From: an uncultured Bacteroidales bacterium
Lineage (GTDB): Bacteria > Bacteroidota > Bacteroidia > Bacteroidales > VadinHA17
DNA: 64,000 bases
Reading direction: 5' to 3'
Assembly: GCA_963739685.1 (NCBI GenBank)
Contig: CAVUAX010000002.1
Coordinates: 427,062-491,061, forward strand
Shown: piece by piece, positions 52,350-62,265 of the stretch
Layout of the letters: each line of letters starts with the position of its first letter
How positions within the stretch are numbered: position 1 is the stretch's first letter
Notes under the pieces: generated by a model
Databases searched by the model: none
Told to the model about the DNA's origin: nothing
What the model saw: the letters and a program-made list of their open reading frames with translations, nothing else
Translations under genes and position numbers: made by a program

Positions 52350-54023
52350 TTAGAAAAGGCCTGATATTACACCATTTTCGTCGATGTCGATCCTTTCTGC
52401 AGAAGGGCTTGACGGCAGACCTGGCATACGCATTATCTTACCGGCAATGGGAACAATAAAACCTGCTCCTGAAGATAGTTCAACTTCCCTGATTTTGAGA
52501 GTAAATCCACGGGGACATCCTTTCATAAATTCGTTGTCTGACAAAGACTTCTGGGTTTTCGCAATACATACAGCCAGATCACCAAGCCCGAGTTCTTCTA
52601 TTTTTTTAAGCTGCTGTTTGGCAAGGGAGGTGTATTCAACACCGGCTGCACCGTACATTTTGGTAGCTATCGTCTCTATTTTCTTTTCAAATGACCAGTC
52701 AAGATCATAAAGAGGTTTGAAAGAATCAGGTTTATTGCTTACGGCCTTAACTATGAGCTTAGCAAGGTCAATCGCTCCTTTGCCTCCCTCAGACCATGAA
52801 TCATTAAGCGCAACCGGAACATTTTGCGATTTACAATGTTCCTTAATAAGATCTATTTCTGATTCAGTATCGAGGTCAAATTTATTTATTGAGATTACAG
52901 GATTGAAACCATAAAATCTCATATTTTCAATGTGTTTATCCATGTTCTCAAATCCATTTTTAAGGGCTTCCAGATCCTCTCTGTACATTTCCGACAGTTT
53001 TAACCCTCCATGATATTTGAGCGCCCTGATTGTTACTACTATAACCACAGCGTCAACATGCAGATTGCCAAACCTGGTCTTTATGTCTAAGAATTTTTCA
53101 GCTCCGAGTTCACTGGCAAAACCTGCCTCGGTCACAACATAGTCGCTGAAGGTGAGTCCCATCCTGGTTGCTATAATAGAATTGGTACCCTGAGCTATAT
53201 TGGCAAATGGACCACCATGAATAATGGCAGGAGTTCCTTCAAGAGTCTGCACAAGGTTGGGCTTAATGGCATCTTTCAGAAGTGCTGCCATCGCTCCATG
53301 GGCATTAAGGTCACGGGCAAAAACGGGTTTCCCCTGATATGTATAACCTACCAGGATATTTCCAAGCCTTTTCTTAAGATCAGTCCGGTCGTTAGCAAGG
53401 CAAAGGATAGCCATTACTTCAGATGCTGCAGTAATATTAAAACCCGTTTCACGGGGAACTCCCTGGTTTTTACCGCCTAGTCCTGTAATGATATCCCGCA
53501 GAGCTCTCTCGTTCATGTCCATGACTCTTTTCCAGCTTATGGTGCAAGGATCAATACCAAGATTGCCTTTATCCAGCTGAATATTGTTATCAATTAGGGC
53601 TGCAAGAAGGTTATTGGCCTTTTCAACAGCCGATATGTCTCCGGTAAAATGCAGATTAATATCTTCCATTGGAATTACCTGGGAATATCCACCTCCGGCC
53701 GCCCCTCCTTTTATACCGAAAACAGGACCCAGGGAGGGTTCACGAAGAACCACTGTTGTTCTTTTACCTATAAGGTTCAGAGCCTGGGCAAGACCTATTG
53801 AAGTAGTGGTTTTACCTTCACCTGCAGGAGTGGGTGTTATAGCGGTAACAAGTACCAGCTTTCCTTTTTTTAGGCGCTCCTCATCAATAAACCTCAGAGG
53901 GATTTTTGCCTTGTACTTTCCGTATAATTCCAATTCGTCAGCGGGAATACCCAGTTTTTCTGCTATTTCTATTATTGGTCTTATCCTGGCTTCCTGAGCA
54001 ATTTCAATATCTTTTTTCATCAT
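52350..54023 (-). CDS. fhs: Formate--tetrahydrofolate ligase
   Basis: 557 aa. It carries DIEIAQEA..RPI.EIA.KLGI and P-loop TAITPTPAGEGKTTTSIGL. Confidence 0.95.
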   Translation of the reverse strand: MMKKDIEIAQEARIRPIIEIAEKLGIPADELELYGKYKAKIPLRFIDEERLKKGKLVLVTAITPTPAGEGKTTTSIGLAQALNLIGKRTTVVLREPSLGPVFGIKGGAAGGGYSQVIPMEDINLHFTGDISAVEKANNLLAALIDNNIQLDKGNLGIDPCTISWKRVMDMNERALRDIITGLGGKNQGVPRETGFNITAASEVMAILCLANDRTDLKKRLGNILVGYTYQGKPVFARDLNAHGAMAALLKDAIKPNLVQTLEGTPAIIHGGPFANIAQGTNSIIATRMGLTFSDYVVTEAGFASELGAEKFLDIKTRFGNLHVDAVVIVVTIRALKYHGGLKLSEMYREDLEALKNGFENMDKHIENMRFYGFNPVISINKFDLDTESEIDLIKEHCKSQNVPVALNDSWSEGGKGAIDLAKLIVKAVSNKPDSFKPLYDLDWSFEKKIETIATKMYGAAGVEYTSLAKQQLKKIEELGLGDLAVCIAKTQKSLSDNEFMKGCPRGFTLKIREVELSSGAGFIVPIAGKIMRMPGLPSSPSAERIDIDENGVISGLF

Positions 54024-54147
54024 AATATAATTTTGATCTTAATGGTATGATTGCCTTTCCCGCTCCATCGGTGGAACCCACATGTTCAGAGAAGTATTTT
54101 CATACTTGTTTGTGGCTGCATCAATCATTTGGGTTTCATTTTGCATT

Positions 54148-54852
54148 TTATGTTATCTCTTTTATTCTTGTACTTCTGTATACACAATTCTTACTATCGC
54201 ACAACCTGCAGGTATACCTGTTAAACCTGACATTTTCACCTATGCCAATAAATCCGCTGACAGATTTAACCGGATCCATAAGTGCCGAAACGGTTAATCT
54301 TACACCTGTATAATTATCGGGAACAAGGTGAAACAAATTATGCTGTTCTGCAACATCCCATCCGCAATAACCAGGGCTGTACCTGTTGGTAATTCTCTTA
54401 CCTTCTGAAGCCATATTGGTTCTTAGAGAGTCCTGCATCAGATCTGCTGCAGTCTCAACTATTTCACTTCCAATAATATCATAAATATATCCTCTTAAGA
54501 GATCACCATCTTTCATTGCTTTCCGGCTCCTGCTCCCTATCTCTTCACCTGCTGTACATATAAACACGGCAATTGAATCGGATTTTTTCAACTGGCTGTA
54601 AACTACTTTTTTAATCTGAAAAACAATTTTATCTATTTCAACGGATTTGTCCGAATCAATAAATTTCACATCAGAAAAAATTGCATATTCCGCCTTAATA
54701 CTGCAAATTGCTTCCACTTCCTTTAAAACATCTTTAATAAGATCTGAAAAAACTTCCTCCTTTTCTCCTTCTTTATATCCTATCACACGCTCAATTTGAG
54801 AAACATTTAGCTTCAGATCTTTAAAGTCAAACTTATAAGTAGAATTTTTCAT
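54148..54852 (-). CDS. Stand-alone MetH-type reactivation (AdoMet-binding activation) domain protein
   Basis: 234 aa. NRYSPGYCGWD matches the RxxxGY AdoMet-binding motif of the methionine synthase activation domain. Size and layout resemble the separate activation subunits of split MetH systems. Confidence 0.7.
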   Translation of the reverse strand: MKNSTYKFDFKDLKLNVSQIERVIGYKEGEKEEVFSDLIKDVLKEVEAICSIKAEYAIFSDVKFIDSDKSVEIDKIVFQIKKVVYSQLKKSDSIAVFICTAGEEIGSRSRKAMKDGDLLRGYIYDIIGSEIVETAADLMQDSLRTNMASEGKRITNRYSPGYCGWDVAEQHNLFHLVPDNYTGVRLTVSALMDPVKSVSGFIGIGENVRFNRYTCRLCDSKNCVYRSTRIKEIT

Positions 54853-55057
54853 AAGCTAATTCGCAGATATCTGCTCTATATCATTTTCAAATCATGGTTG
54901 TAACATCTCTTTGTCACCTTCAGAAGTTTTACCGGTTTTCAAGTCCGCTTTCCTATACAATCCTCTTAACTACTGATGCCTGCCCCAATGTCATTAGATG
55001 AATCCCGTTTATACCCTGCTTTCTTTTCACTGATTCTACAAGCTCCAACTCAACCAA

Positions 55058-55924
55058 TTACGCATCTCTTTGAAAATCTTCAATAAATCGTAACGCGTAA
55101 GCATCTCTCCCCATGATCAAATCAACAGCCCTTACAGTTGAGATAATTTTCCCGGGGTTTGCAATGGGACAGGTAAGTCCGTTAATTATTGATAATGCCA
55201 TAAAAGCAGCATTCAAGACATCACGGTTTGGCAGGCCGAATGAGATATTACTGGCTCCCATTGTAATATTGAGACCTAATTTCCGGTGTACCAGCCTTAT
55301 CGTTTCCATAGTAATCCGGCAGGCATCAGGATCTGAGCTGACTGCCATTGCCAGTGGATCAATAACAATGTCCTCTTCTTTTATTCCTGACTTAACTGCC
55401 AGTGCCAGAATTTTTTCAGCTATAGACAGCCGCTTTTCCGGATCGTGGCTTATACCTTCATCATCCATGGTCAGACCTATTATAGCAGCTCCATATTCTC
55501 TTGCAATAGGGATAAGTACCTTCAAAGATTTCTCTTCTCCGTTAACTGAATTTATCAGGCATTTCCCGGCAGAAACCTTAAGTGCGGCTTCAATAGCTCC
55601 TGGATTTGGTGAATCCAGGCAGAGTGGAATATCAAAATTCTCCTGTATCCTTATAACGACTTCAGGCAAGAGCTTAACATCGTCTACGCCGGGAAATCCC
55701 ACATTTACGTCTAACACATCCGCTCCCGCCCTGATCTGGGACCCGGCAAGTTCCAGCAGGTAATCAAAATTGTTCTCCTGCAATGTTGTGACCAGCTTTT
55801 TCCGACGGGTGGGATTGATGCACTCACCTATAATCACTACCGGTCCCTCTGTATCAATTAATACTTCCCTGGTTTTTCCTGCAAGTAATGTCTGCATACT
55901 GCTTACAAATATGCTATGAGGCAA
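55058..55924 (-). CDS. Pterin-binding methyltetrahydrofolate:corrinoid methyltransferase (DHPS-like TIM barrel)
   Basis: 288 aa. It carries VVIIGECINPT, GADVLDVNVG, PLCLDSPNP, CLINSVNGE and MGASNISFGLPNR. The start overlaps the corrinoid-protein stop by 11 nt; an alternative start is Met10 at 55897. Confidence 0.8.
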   Translation of the reverse strand: MPHSIFVSSMQTLLAGKTREVLIDTEGPVVIIGECINPTRRKKLVTTLQENNFDYLLELAGSQIRAGADVLDVNVGFPGVDDVKLLPEVVIRIQENFDIPLCLDSPNPGAIEAALKVSAGKCLINSVNGEEKSLKVLIPIAREYGAAIIGLTMDDEGISHDPEKRLSIAEKILALAVKSGIKEEDIVIDPLAMAVSSDPDACRITMETIRLVHRKLGLNITMGASNISFGLPNRDVLNAAFMALSIINGLTCPIANPGKIISTVRAVDLIMGRDAYALRFIEDFQRDA

Positions 55925-56582
55925 GTTGTTTTAAATAATTAACGGCTCCCTGAGGGTCAGGCGAGTAAAAATCTGCTCCTATTTTTTGACAGTACTCCAT
56001 TGTTACAGGAGCGCCGCCGACAAGAATTTTAGCAGCCCCGTGCTTCTCTTTTAATGCTGAGACAATCTTTTTCATGTTTTCCATAGTGGTAGTAAGAAGC
56101 GCTGAAAGACCAATAACAGCGTCAGGGTTTGCATCCAGGGCAGTAAGAAATTTTTCAGGTCCCACATCAACACCCAGGTCGATAACTTCCCATCCTCCAC
56201 CTTCTATCATCATTGCTACCAGATTTTTACCAATATCATGAAGGTCTCCTGAAACTGTGCCTATTATGAATTTTCCTTTTCTTTTGGTTTCACCCGATTG
56301 AAAAAATGGTTTAATATGTACCATGGCCCCATGCATAGCTTTTGCTGACATAAGCATTTGAGGAACAAATATCTCATTCCTGCTGAACTTATTACCTACA
56401 ATTGCCATTGCCGGGATCAGGGCATTTTCAAGTATCTCATTTGGCCCGACACCCTCATCAATGGCCCTCTTTGTCAGTTCACTGGCTCCTTCCTGATCTT
56501 TCATACCCGGCGGATATGGACATGCCTTGTCTATCTTCCCGTATTCGACACATCGCGCAAGTTCCTTTAAAATATCATTCAT
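55914..56582 (-). CDS. Corrinoid (B12-binding) protein with helical cap plus Rossmann domain
   Basis: The ORF is 55914-56627. The likely start is MNDILKELARCVEYGK (ATG at 56582). It carries the DxHxxG motif in GTVSGDLHDIGKNLV, then GLSALLTTT and VGGAPV. Confidence 0.82.
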   Translation of the reverse strand: MNDILKELARCVEYGKIDKACPYPPGMKDQEGASELTKRAIDEGVGPNEILENALIPAMAIVGNKFSRNEIFVPQMLMSAKAMHGAMVHIKPFFQSGETKRKGKFIIGTVSGDLHDIGKNLVAMMIEGGGWEVIDLGVDVGPEKFLTALDANPDAVIGLSALLTTTMENMKKIVSALKEKHGAAKILVGGAPVTMEYCQKIGADFYSPDPQGAVNYLKQLAS

Positions 56583-56982
56583 GTTTTTATAATTATTTGG
56601 TTTATCGATAGCATAGCCACTTTCCATAAACTAATTATTCATTTAATAATGCCGTTTATTTAAAGGGTATTCTTAAATATCTCTTTTATTTTTACAGTTG
56701 TTCATAACAAAAATACAATACTTCTGCTATAAACCAAATATTACCATCTGCCTGTTTTTTAATTAACTGAATAAAATATGGGTAAAAACATTTTATTTCC
56801 AACAGGTATTGCCATGGTTTTTATCCTTAAAGAGCAGAATGTGTTGTCAGCTCCCTTTAGACCAATTATATTGTACTGAAATAATTTACACTTTGTTGCT
56901 GCAGGCTGGCAATGAAGCATGTATTAAATAGCAGGCGGCAGCTTTTGGTTAAAGCCGGCTTAATACTATTATTTCCGGATAT

Positions 56983-57993
56983 CTATTTCAACTTATGAAT
57001 TCCGACTGCAAAAGCTTTCGATGGGTTAAGGACAAGGAGTTGATATATCTCCTTTTCAGAGAAATTTTCTTTTTTGAGAAGTGGAACAAGTTTTTCAAAC
57101 AGGGTTGTATAACCCCGGAATAATCCTCCGTTTTGTTCCCCCGGGTGGTACCAGCCTGCATCATGTGATAACAGAACCTTACTTAACAGGTTATTATCTT
57201 TCAGGTTCCTGATCATGATTAAATAATCCTGCAGGTTATTATCATTTAATCCATCCAGGCCAATCCATGCACCCGACCGGGCAGCTTTAATACGGTTTGC
57301 CGGATCTTTTTCAGACTGGGCATGAACCCATATAAACGCTTCAGGGGAAACTCCCTCATCCTTTAAGACCTCAATCTGTTCAAAGGCAGGAACAGCAGGT
57401 CCTGTATGCGATGCGATAACCAGTCCCGTTTTTAAATGTGTCCTGGCTGCAGCGCTGATCAGTTTCTTATGTATATCCGACAACGGACCTCCATTAACAC
57501 CAATCTTAATAAATCCTGGTTTAATGCCGGTACCCTCAATTCCCTCTTCCCATTCTTTAGTCCACCTGCCTGCAATCTGATCAGCGCTTTCGTCAAAAGC
57601 ATACCCGGGAATGTATTTGTTATTCACAGCTCCGTAATAGCCGGTATTTGTAATTATATTTAATCCTGATGAATCCGAAAGAGTTTTGAGTAATAACGGA
57701 TCCCTGCCCAGAAAGGCAGGAGTGCATTCGACAAATGACAGACAACCCATTTCCTTTATCTGCTTAAGAAAAGGTAAGGCCAATTCAATAACCTCGGATC
57801 TTTTCCATCTGTCGGTATTTATTGAATCAGCCCCGATGAAATCAACCAGTATGTGCTCATGAGTAAGGGAAATACCCATCTTTTCTGCGTTAACAGGTCC
57901 GTTAACTGTCATTATGAATGCTCTGTCCGGAATTGTTTTACATTGACAAAATGCCACTAAAACAGGTAATGTAATAAGCAAAAGTCTTTTCAT
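56983..57993 (-). CDS. Phosphotriesterase-family (amidohydrolase fold) protein with signal peptide
   Basis: 336 aa. It starts MKRLLLITLPVLVAFCQC and carries GISLTHEHILVDF, the PTE first metal-binding HxH motif. Confidence 0.8.
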   Translation of the reverse strand: MKRLLLITLPVLVAFCQCKTIPDRAFIMTVNGPVNAEKMGISLTHEHILVDFIGADSINTDRWKRSEVIELALPFLKQIKEMGCLSFVECTPAFLGRDPLLLKTLSDSSGLNIITNTGYYGAVNNKYIPGYAFDESADQIAGRWTKEWEEGIEGTGIKPGFIKIGVNGGPLSDIHKKLISAAARTHLKTGLVIASHTGPAVPAFEQIEVLKDEGVSPEAFIWVHAQSEKDPANRIKAARSGAWIGLDGLNDNNLQDYLIMIRNLKDNNLLSKVLLSHDAGWYHPGEQNGGLFRGYTTLFEKLVPLLKKENFSEKEIYQLLVLNPSKAFAVGIHKLK

Positions 57994-58359
57994 GGTGCCA
58001 GATTATAAAATATTCAATACCGGGATTATTCTTCCAGGTTAAATATATGGATCAGGAATATTAATACCCGGGTTGTTGCTCATAGCATCTTCATAAAGAT
58101 ATACAATTAGTTTTATACTCTTTTAAAGATAATATATTATTGGATAGCGACGCATGGCAATTCCTGATGATACATTCTGATTATTACTTATAAAACCACT
58201 CATTGTTTTACAAATCCAAATTCCTTAAATTTGATCCTGTATGACTTCAGTATTGTAAAATTAACAAACCTGATTAAATTCATGATAATATAGCCTTAAA
58301 ATAAGATGGTTCCCCCGCTTGGGCGGGAACCGTTAAAAATCTGAATATAACATCGACTT

Positions 58360-59940
58360 ATGAAAAAAATTTTATTTATTATGGTATTATTTTCCGGAAC
58401 GATGCTGCTGCAATCACAACCCGACTGGAAAAATGTAATGGAACGAGGTGCAGATCCTTCAGGAAAGGTTAAATGCACAAAAATCATTGGTGATATTATC
58501 AGTGAACTCTCTGCAAAGGGGGGAGGAACTGTTTTTTTCCCCGCCGGTACATTTCTTACCGGTCCGATTATCATGAAAAGCAACATTACCCTATGGCTCG
58601 ATCCGGGAGCAACAGTTAAGTTTTCAGATGATTTTGATGATTATCTCCCTATGGTTCAATCAAGATGGGAAGATATAAGAGTGAAAAATTTTGTATCACA
58701 GATATATGCATTTCAATGCGAAAATATCTCAATCCGCGGACGGGGACATTTTGAAGGACAGGGCAAAAAATGGTGGGATTTCATGAGAAGTGTGAATTCA
58801 AAACAGCCTGTAGATAATAAATGGCAGGAAATCTTTAAAAAGGAGAATTCTGTTCTTCTTGCTAAAAACTCCTATCTCAGATCCAGGAATAATTTTCTGC
58901 GTCCGCCAATGTTAACCACGTATGAATGTAAAAATGTCCTGATTGAAGGTGTGAGTTTTTCAAATCCCCCATTATGGACTATTATGCCTGCATTCACTGA
59001 TAATATTACAATTACCGGAATCACCATTGAGAACCCGGGTGACTCTCCCAATACTGATGGAATTGATCCGTCTTCCTGCAGGAATGTTCATATCTCAAAC
59101 TGCCATATAACAGTCGGAGATGATTGCATTGTTATTAAATCAGGGCGTGATGAAGATGGCCGTGAGGCGGCCAGGCCCACAGAAAACATTACCATAACCA
59201 ACTGTACCATGCTCAGGGGACATGGAGGAGTGGTTATCGGCAGTGAGATGAGCGGGAATGTAAAGAGAATCGCAATTTCAAATTGTGTATTTGAAGGTAC
59301 TGACATAGGAATACGGATAAAAACAATGCGGGGACGAGGTGGCATTGTGGAAGATATAAGAGTTTCAAATATTGTGATGAATAACATATTAAATGAAGGC
59401 ATTCTTATAACTCTCAGATATCAGGCAACAAAGCCTGAACCATTGTCTGAAAGAACTCCTGCTGTAAACAGTGTTCATTTATCTGACATAATCATAAGGG
59501 GCGCCCGTCGGCCAATGGCCATTTATGGGCTGGAGGAGAGAGATGTTTCACAGATATCAGTTAGCGGCATGCAGGTTAATTCAACAAGAGGAATACTTAT
59601 TGAAAACGGATCGGATATAAGCCTCCATGATATAAGAATGGAGATTAAAGAAGGAAATGCACTTGAAGCAAAAGATTCAAAACGGATCAGCTACGATAAG
59701 ATTTCGGTTAATAAGCCGGCTTTGAATATTCCATATCTGAAACTTACAAATTGCCAGGATGTAAGGATTACCAATTGTTATCAGCCGGAACAGATTCCCC
59801 TTCTTGTCAGCGAAGATGAAAAAAGCGCCGGTATTTATATTGTTAATAATATCCTGCCGGGTATTATAAAATTTCATAACAGATTGGGGAAAAATATCGT
59901 GACACAGAATAATATTGCAGGTAATAAATCTAACTTTTAA
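58360..59940 (+). CDS. Glycoside hydrolase family 28 (polygalacturonase-like), secreted
   Basis: 526 aa with a signal peptide. All four GH28 motifs are present: NTDGIDP, GDDCIVIKSG, GHGGVVIGSE and RIKT. Confidence 0.9.
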   Translation: MKKILFIMVLFSGTMLLQSQPDWKNVMERGADPSGKVKCTKIIGDIISELSAKGGGTVFFPAGTFLTGPIIMKSNITLWLDPGATVKFSDDFDDYLPMVQSRWEDIRVKNFVSQIYAFQCENISIRGRGHFEGQGKKWWDFMRSVNSKQPVDNKWQEIFKKENSVLLAKNSYLRSRNNFLRPPMLTTYECKNVLIEGVSFSNPPLWTIMPAFTDNITITGITIENPGDSPNTDGIDPSSCRNVHISNCHITVGDDCIVIKSGRDEDGREAARPTENITITNCTMLRGHGGVVIGSEMSGNVKRIAISNCVFEGTDIGIRIKTMRGRGGIVEDIRVSNIVMNNILNEGILITLRYQATKPEPLSERTPAVNSVHLSDIIIRGARRPMAIYGLEERDVSQISVSGMQVNSTRGILIENGSDISLHDIRMEIKEGNALEAKDSKRISYDKISVNKPALNIPYLKLTNCQDVRITNCYQPEQIPLLVSEDEKSAGIYIVNNILPGIIKFHNRLGKNIVTQNNIAGNKSNF

Positions 59941-60040
59941 TTAACTTGCTTATTTAAATCGCATTACAGTAATGACCATCCTGTGAGCCCACTATATTAT
60001 AAATGAAATGATGAATAATTTAAGATTTTTAAAATAAGAG

Positions 60041-60236
60041 ATGAAAAGGATTCTGGTTGACATGGATGGAGTTCTGGCTGATCGATGACCACTTAAAAAA
60101 CCTTGATCATTTTAAAGGCGAAACAATCATGTTCACTCAACCTCATAATATGAATCTTTAAAAAAGCGGTCATGTGAGGGTAAATTCATGGATAGATATA
60201 GAAAATTTACTATTGAATGATAAATAATTAAACAAT
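60041..60236 (+). pseudogene. Remnant of a 5'(3')-deoxyribonucleotidase (HAD, NT5C-like) gene with internal deletion
   Basis: MKRILVDMDGVLADR* carries the HAD motif I DMDGVLAD. Shifted C-terminal pieces follow: ...HLKNLDHFKGETIMFTQPHNMNL* and KSGHVRVNSWIDIENLLLNDK*. Roughly 100 central codons are missing. Confidence 0.6.
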
Positions 60237-60435
60237 ACTTTTTCTGTCCGTAATGAACCTTAATACAAAAGTTGCAGATAAGAAGGTTGCAATAATAAGG
60301 TTCCTTTTCAATAAGCACCAGGTTGAGCAATAACCGAATTGTAAAAACTTCTCAATAAATATTTAATAAATCCGGTAAGACAGGATTACGTATATTAATA
60401 TTTTTATAACATTGTATAACCAAATTAAACTTACA

Positions 60436-61557
60436 ATGGAAACCGAAAACAAACCTGTTGCAAAAAGATTGAAATCACTCGATGCATTAAGAGGATTCGA
60501 TATGTTCTGGATAATGGGAGGTGAAGGTATATTTGTGGGCCTCGCATCTCTTACCGGCTGGCCGGTGCTCAAATGGTGGGCGGGACAACTTACTCATGTT
60601 CCATGGAGCGGATTCCATTTTTACGATATGATATTCCCGTTATTCCTTTTTATCGCCGGAATATCATTTCCTTTCTCTCTTGCAAAACGATTATCAAACA
60701 ATGACAGCAGAAAATCAATTTATAAACACGTAATCAGCCGCGGACTGATCCTTGTGCTTCTTGGAATACTGTATAATAATGGTGTAAGATTTAATTTTGA
60801 CGGATTGAGGTATGGAAGTGTCCTTGGAAGAATCGGCCTGGCATGGATGTTTGGAGCATTAATCTTTATGAACACAAAACTAAGCTACCGTATTATATGG
60901 TTCTGGGGGCTCCTTATCGGTTACTGGCTTTTACTTGTACTGTTCCCTGCACATGATCTGGGCTCAACTGATATCTATTCTCAGCAAGGTAACCTTGCCA
61001 GCTACATTGACCGTGTCCTGATGCCGGGCAAACTATACCTCGGTAATCACGATCCGGAAGGAATATTAAGTACCATACCTGCTATAGGGACCGCCTTGCT
61101 TGGAATGTTTACAGGAGAATTCATGCTGTCTGGATACCTGCAGAACAAACCTCTGAAAAAAGTATTGTTCCTGGTATCAGCCGCTGTTGCCCTGATGATA
61201 ATTGGCAGGATATGGAATCTTACATTTCCGATAAATAAAAATCTCTGGACAAGCTCATTTGTCTGTTTTGTTGGTGGGCTGAGCCTTCTTCTTTTTTCAA
61301 TTTTCTATCTTATAATAGATGTATGGCAATATAAGAAATGGGCATTCTTCTTTGTGGTAATAGGAATGAACCCGATCACCATCTATCTGACAGAGAGAAT
61401 TATTAATTTCAGATCGGCAACCAGGTTTTTCTTCGGCGGTTTTGCAGCCATAATGCCTGAAGCATGGGCTCCACTGATCGATGGCATCGGAATAACAGCT
61501 GTTGCCTGGATATACCTGTATTTCCTTTATAAGAAGAAGATATTTCTGAAGGTGTAA
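60436..61557 (+). CDS. HGSNAT-like / DUF5009-type multi-pass membrane acyltransferase
   Basis: The ORF is 60412-61557. The likely start is METENKPVAKRLKSLDALRGFDMFWIMGGE, the typical family N-terminus. About 10 hydrophobic helices follow. Confidence 0.75.
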   Translation: METENKPVAKRLKSLDALRGFDMFWIMGGEGIFVGLASLTGWPVLKWWAGQLTHVPWSGFHFYDMIFPLFLFIAGISFPFSLAKRLSNNDSRKSIYKHVISRGLILVLLGILYNNGVRFNFDGLRYGSVLGRIGLAWMFGALIFMNTKLSYRIIWFWGLLIGYWLLLVLFPAHDLGSTDIYSQQGNLASYIDRVLMPGKLYLGNHDPEGILSTIPAIGTALLGMFTGEFMLSGYLQNKPLKKVLFLVSAAVALMIIGRIWNLTFPINKNLWTSSFVCFVGGLSLLLFSIFYLIIDVWQYKKWAFFFVVIGMNPITIYLTERIINFRSATRFFFGGFAAIMPEAWAPLIDGIGITAVAWIYLYFLYKKKIFLKV

Positions 61558-61851
61558 TTGAATCCGCTGCTTTTACTTCCTCTGTAATAATTTTTTTGAC
61601 CTGTATCACAACTGACATACATGCCGGAATTTTCAACCGGAGGTATGGAATTCTGCAGCCGAAAATTATCTGGTGGCATATCCGACTGTATGTGCAACCA
61701 GAAGAGAGCTCTCATCAGGAAATACCAGATTTAAATGCAGAGCAACATAACTCAATTATGTTTATTATCTTTGATTATCTTATGCAGTTAGTGAACTGAT
61801 CTGAATAGAAATTGTTCTAATATCTGAAAATAAGTATTAAACCTGTCAATT

Positions 61852-62265
61852 ATGAAAAATCCTGCTTTGTTAATTATTATATCGGTAAGTCTTCTGACAT
61901 TTGCATGCAAAAAAACGGATAAGACTTCTGATCGCTTTAATTTTCTTACCACACCTGTGTGGACTGCCGACAGCCTTCTGGCAAACGGGCTGGATGCAAG
62001 TGGACCCGGTGGTATTCTTGAAATATTTAAAGGTGATGCAAAATTTAATGCAGATGGCACTGGTTCTTTTGGGACCTATACAGGCACATGGAGGTTCAAT
62101 AGCACCGAGACGGAACTGGTCATTGTTACTGAAGCACTTCAACTTCCTGTAACCACTGATATTGTTGAATTAAATGCCACTTCACTGAAAGTCACCACCC
62201 TTTATCCAAATCCGCTTATACCGACTCAACCAATAAATATCCGGATGACATTCAAGGCCAGATAA
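61852..62265 (+). CDS. Small lipoprotein, function unknown (lipocalin-like suspected)
   Basis: 137 aa with lipobox LLTFACKK. Its stop overlaps the ATG of the following TonB-dependent receptor (TAATG). Confidence 0.6.
   Translation: MKNPALLIIISVSLLTFACKKTDKTSDRFNFLTTPVWTADSLLANGLDASGPGGILEIFKGDAKFNADGTGSFGTYTGTWRFNSTETELVIVTEALQLPVTTDIVELNATSLKVTTLYPNPLIPTQPINIRMTFKAR

Noticed and set aside
55113-55763. Long antisense ORFs inside well-supported genes (for example 55113-55763 +, 30235-30843 -, 42244-42663 -, 19069-19572 +, 53584-53997 +, 24509-24697 -)
   Set aside because: They are shadow ORFs opposite genes with strong family signatures. Their low-complexity Ser/Ile/Pro-rich translations carry no motifs.
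56628-56982. Looked for a cobalamin riboswitch upstream of the corrinoid-protein gene
   Set aside because: Reading the minus strand, I found no B12-box-like core (…GCCACTG… / …AGTCAG.A..CCTGCC…) or GGTGAAAATCC-type element. A covariance-model search would be needed to be certain.
56983-57993. Phosphotriesterase-family gene as the missing substrate:corrinoid methyltransferase of the adjacent module
   Set aside because: It has a clear N-terminal signal/lipoprotein-like peptide (periplasmic), is separated by 355 nt, and has the HxH amidohydrolase signature rather than any MT1-type fold.
58308-58331. 7-bp hairpin ggttccc...gggaacc 29 nt upstream of the GH28 start
   Set aside because: It has a 10-nt loop, no T-run, and no upstream gene on either strand to terminate. 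It may be regulatory but is unsupported.
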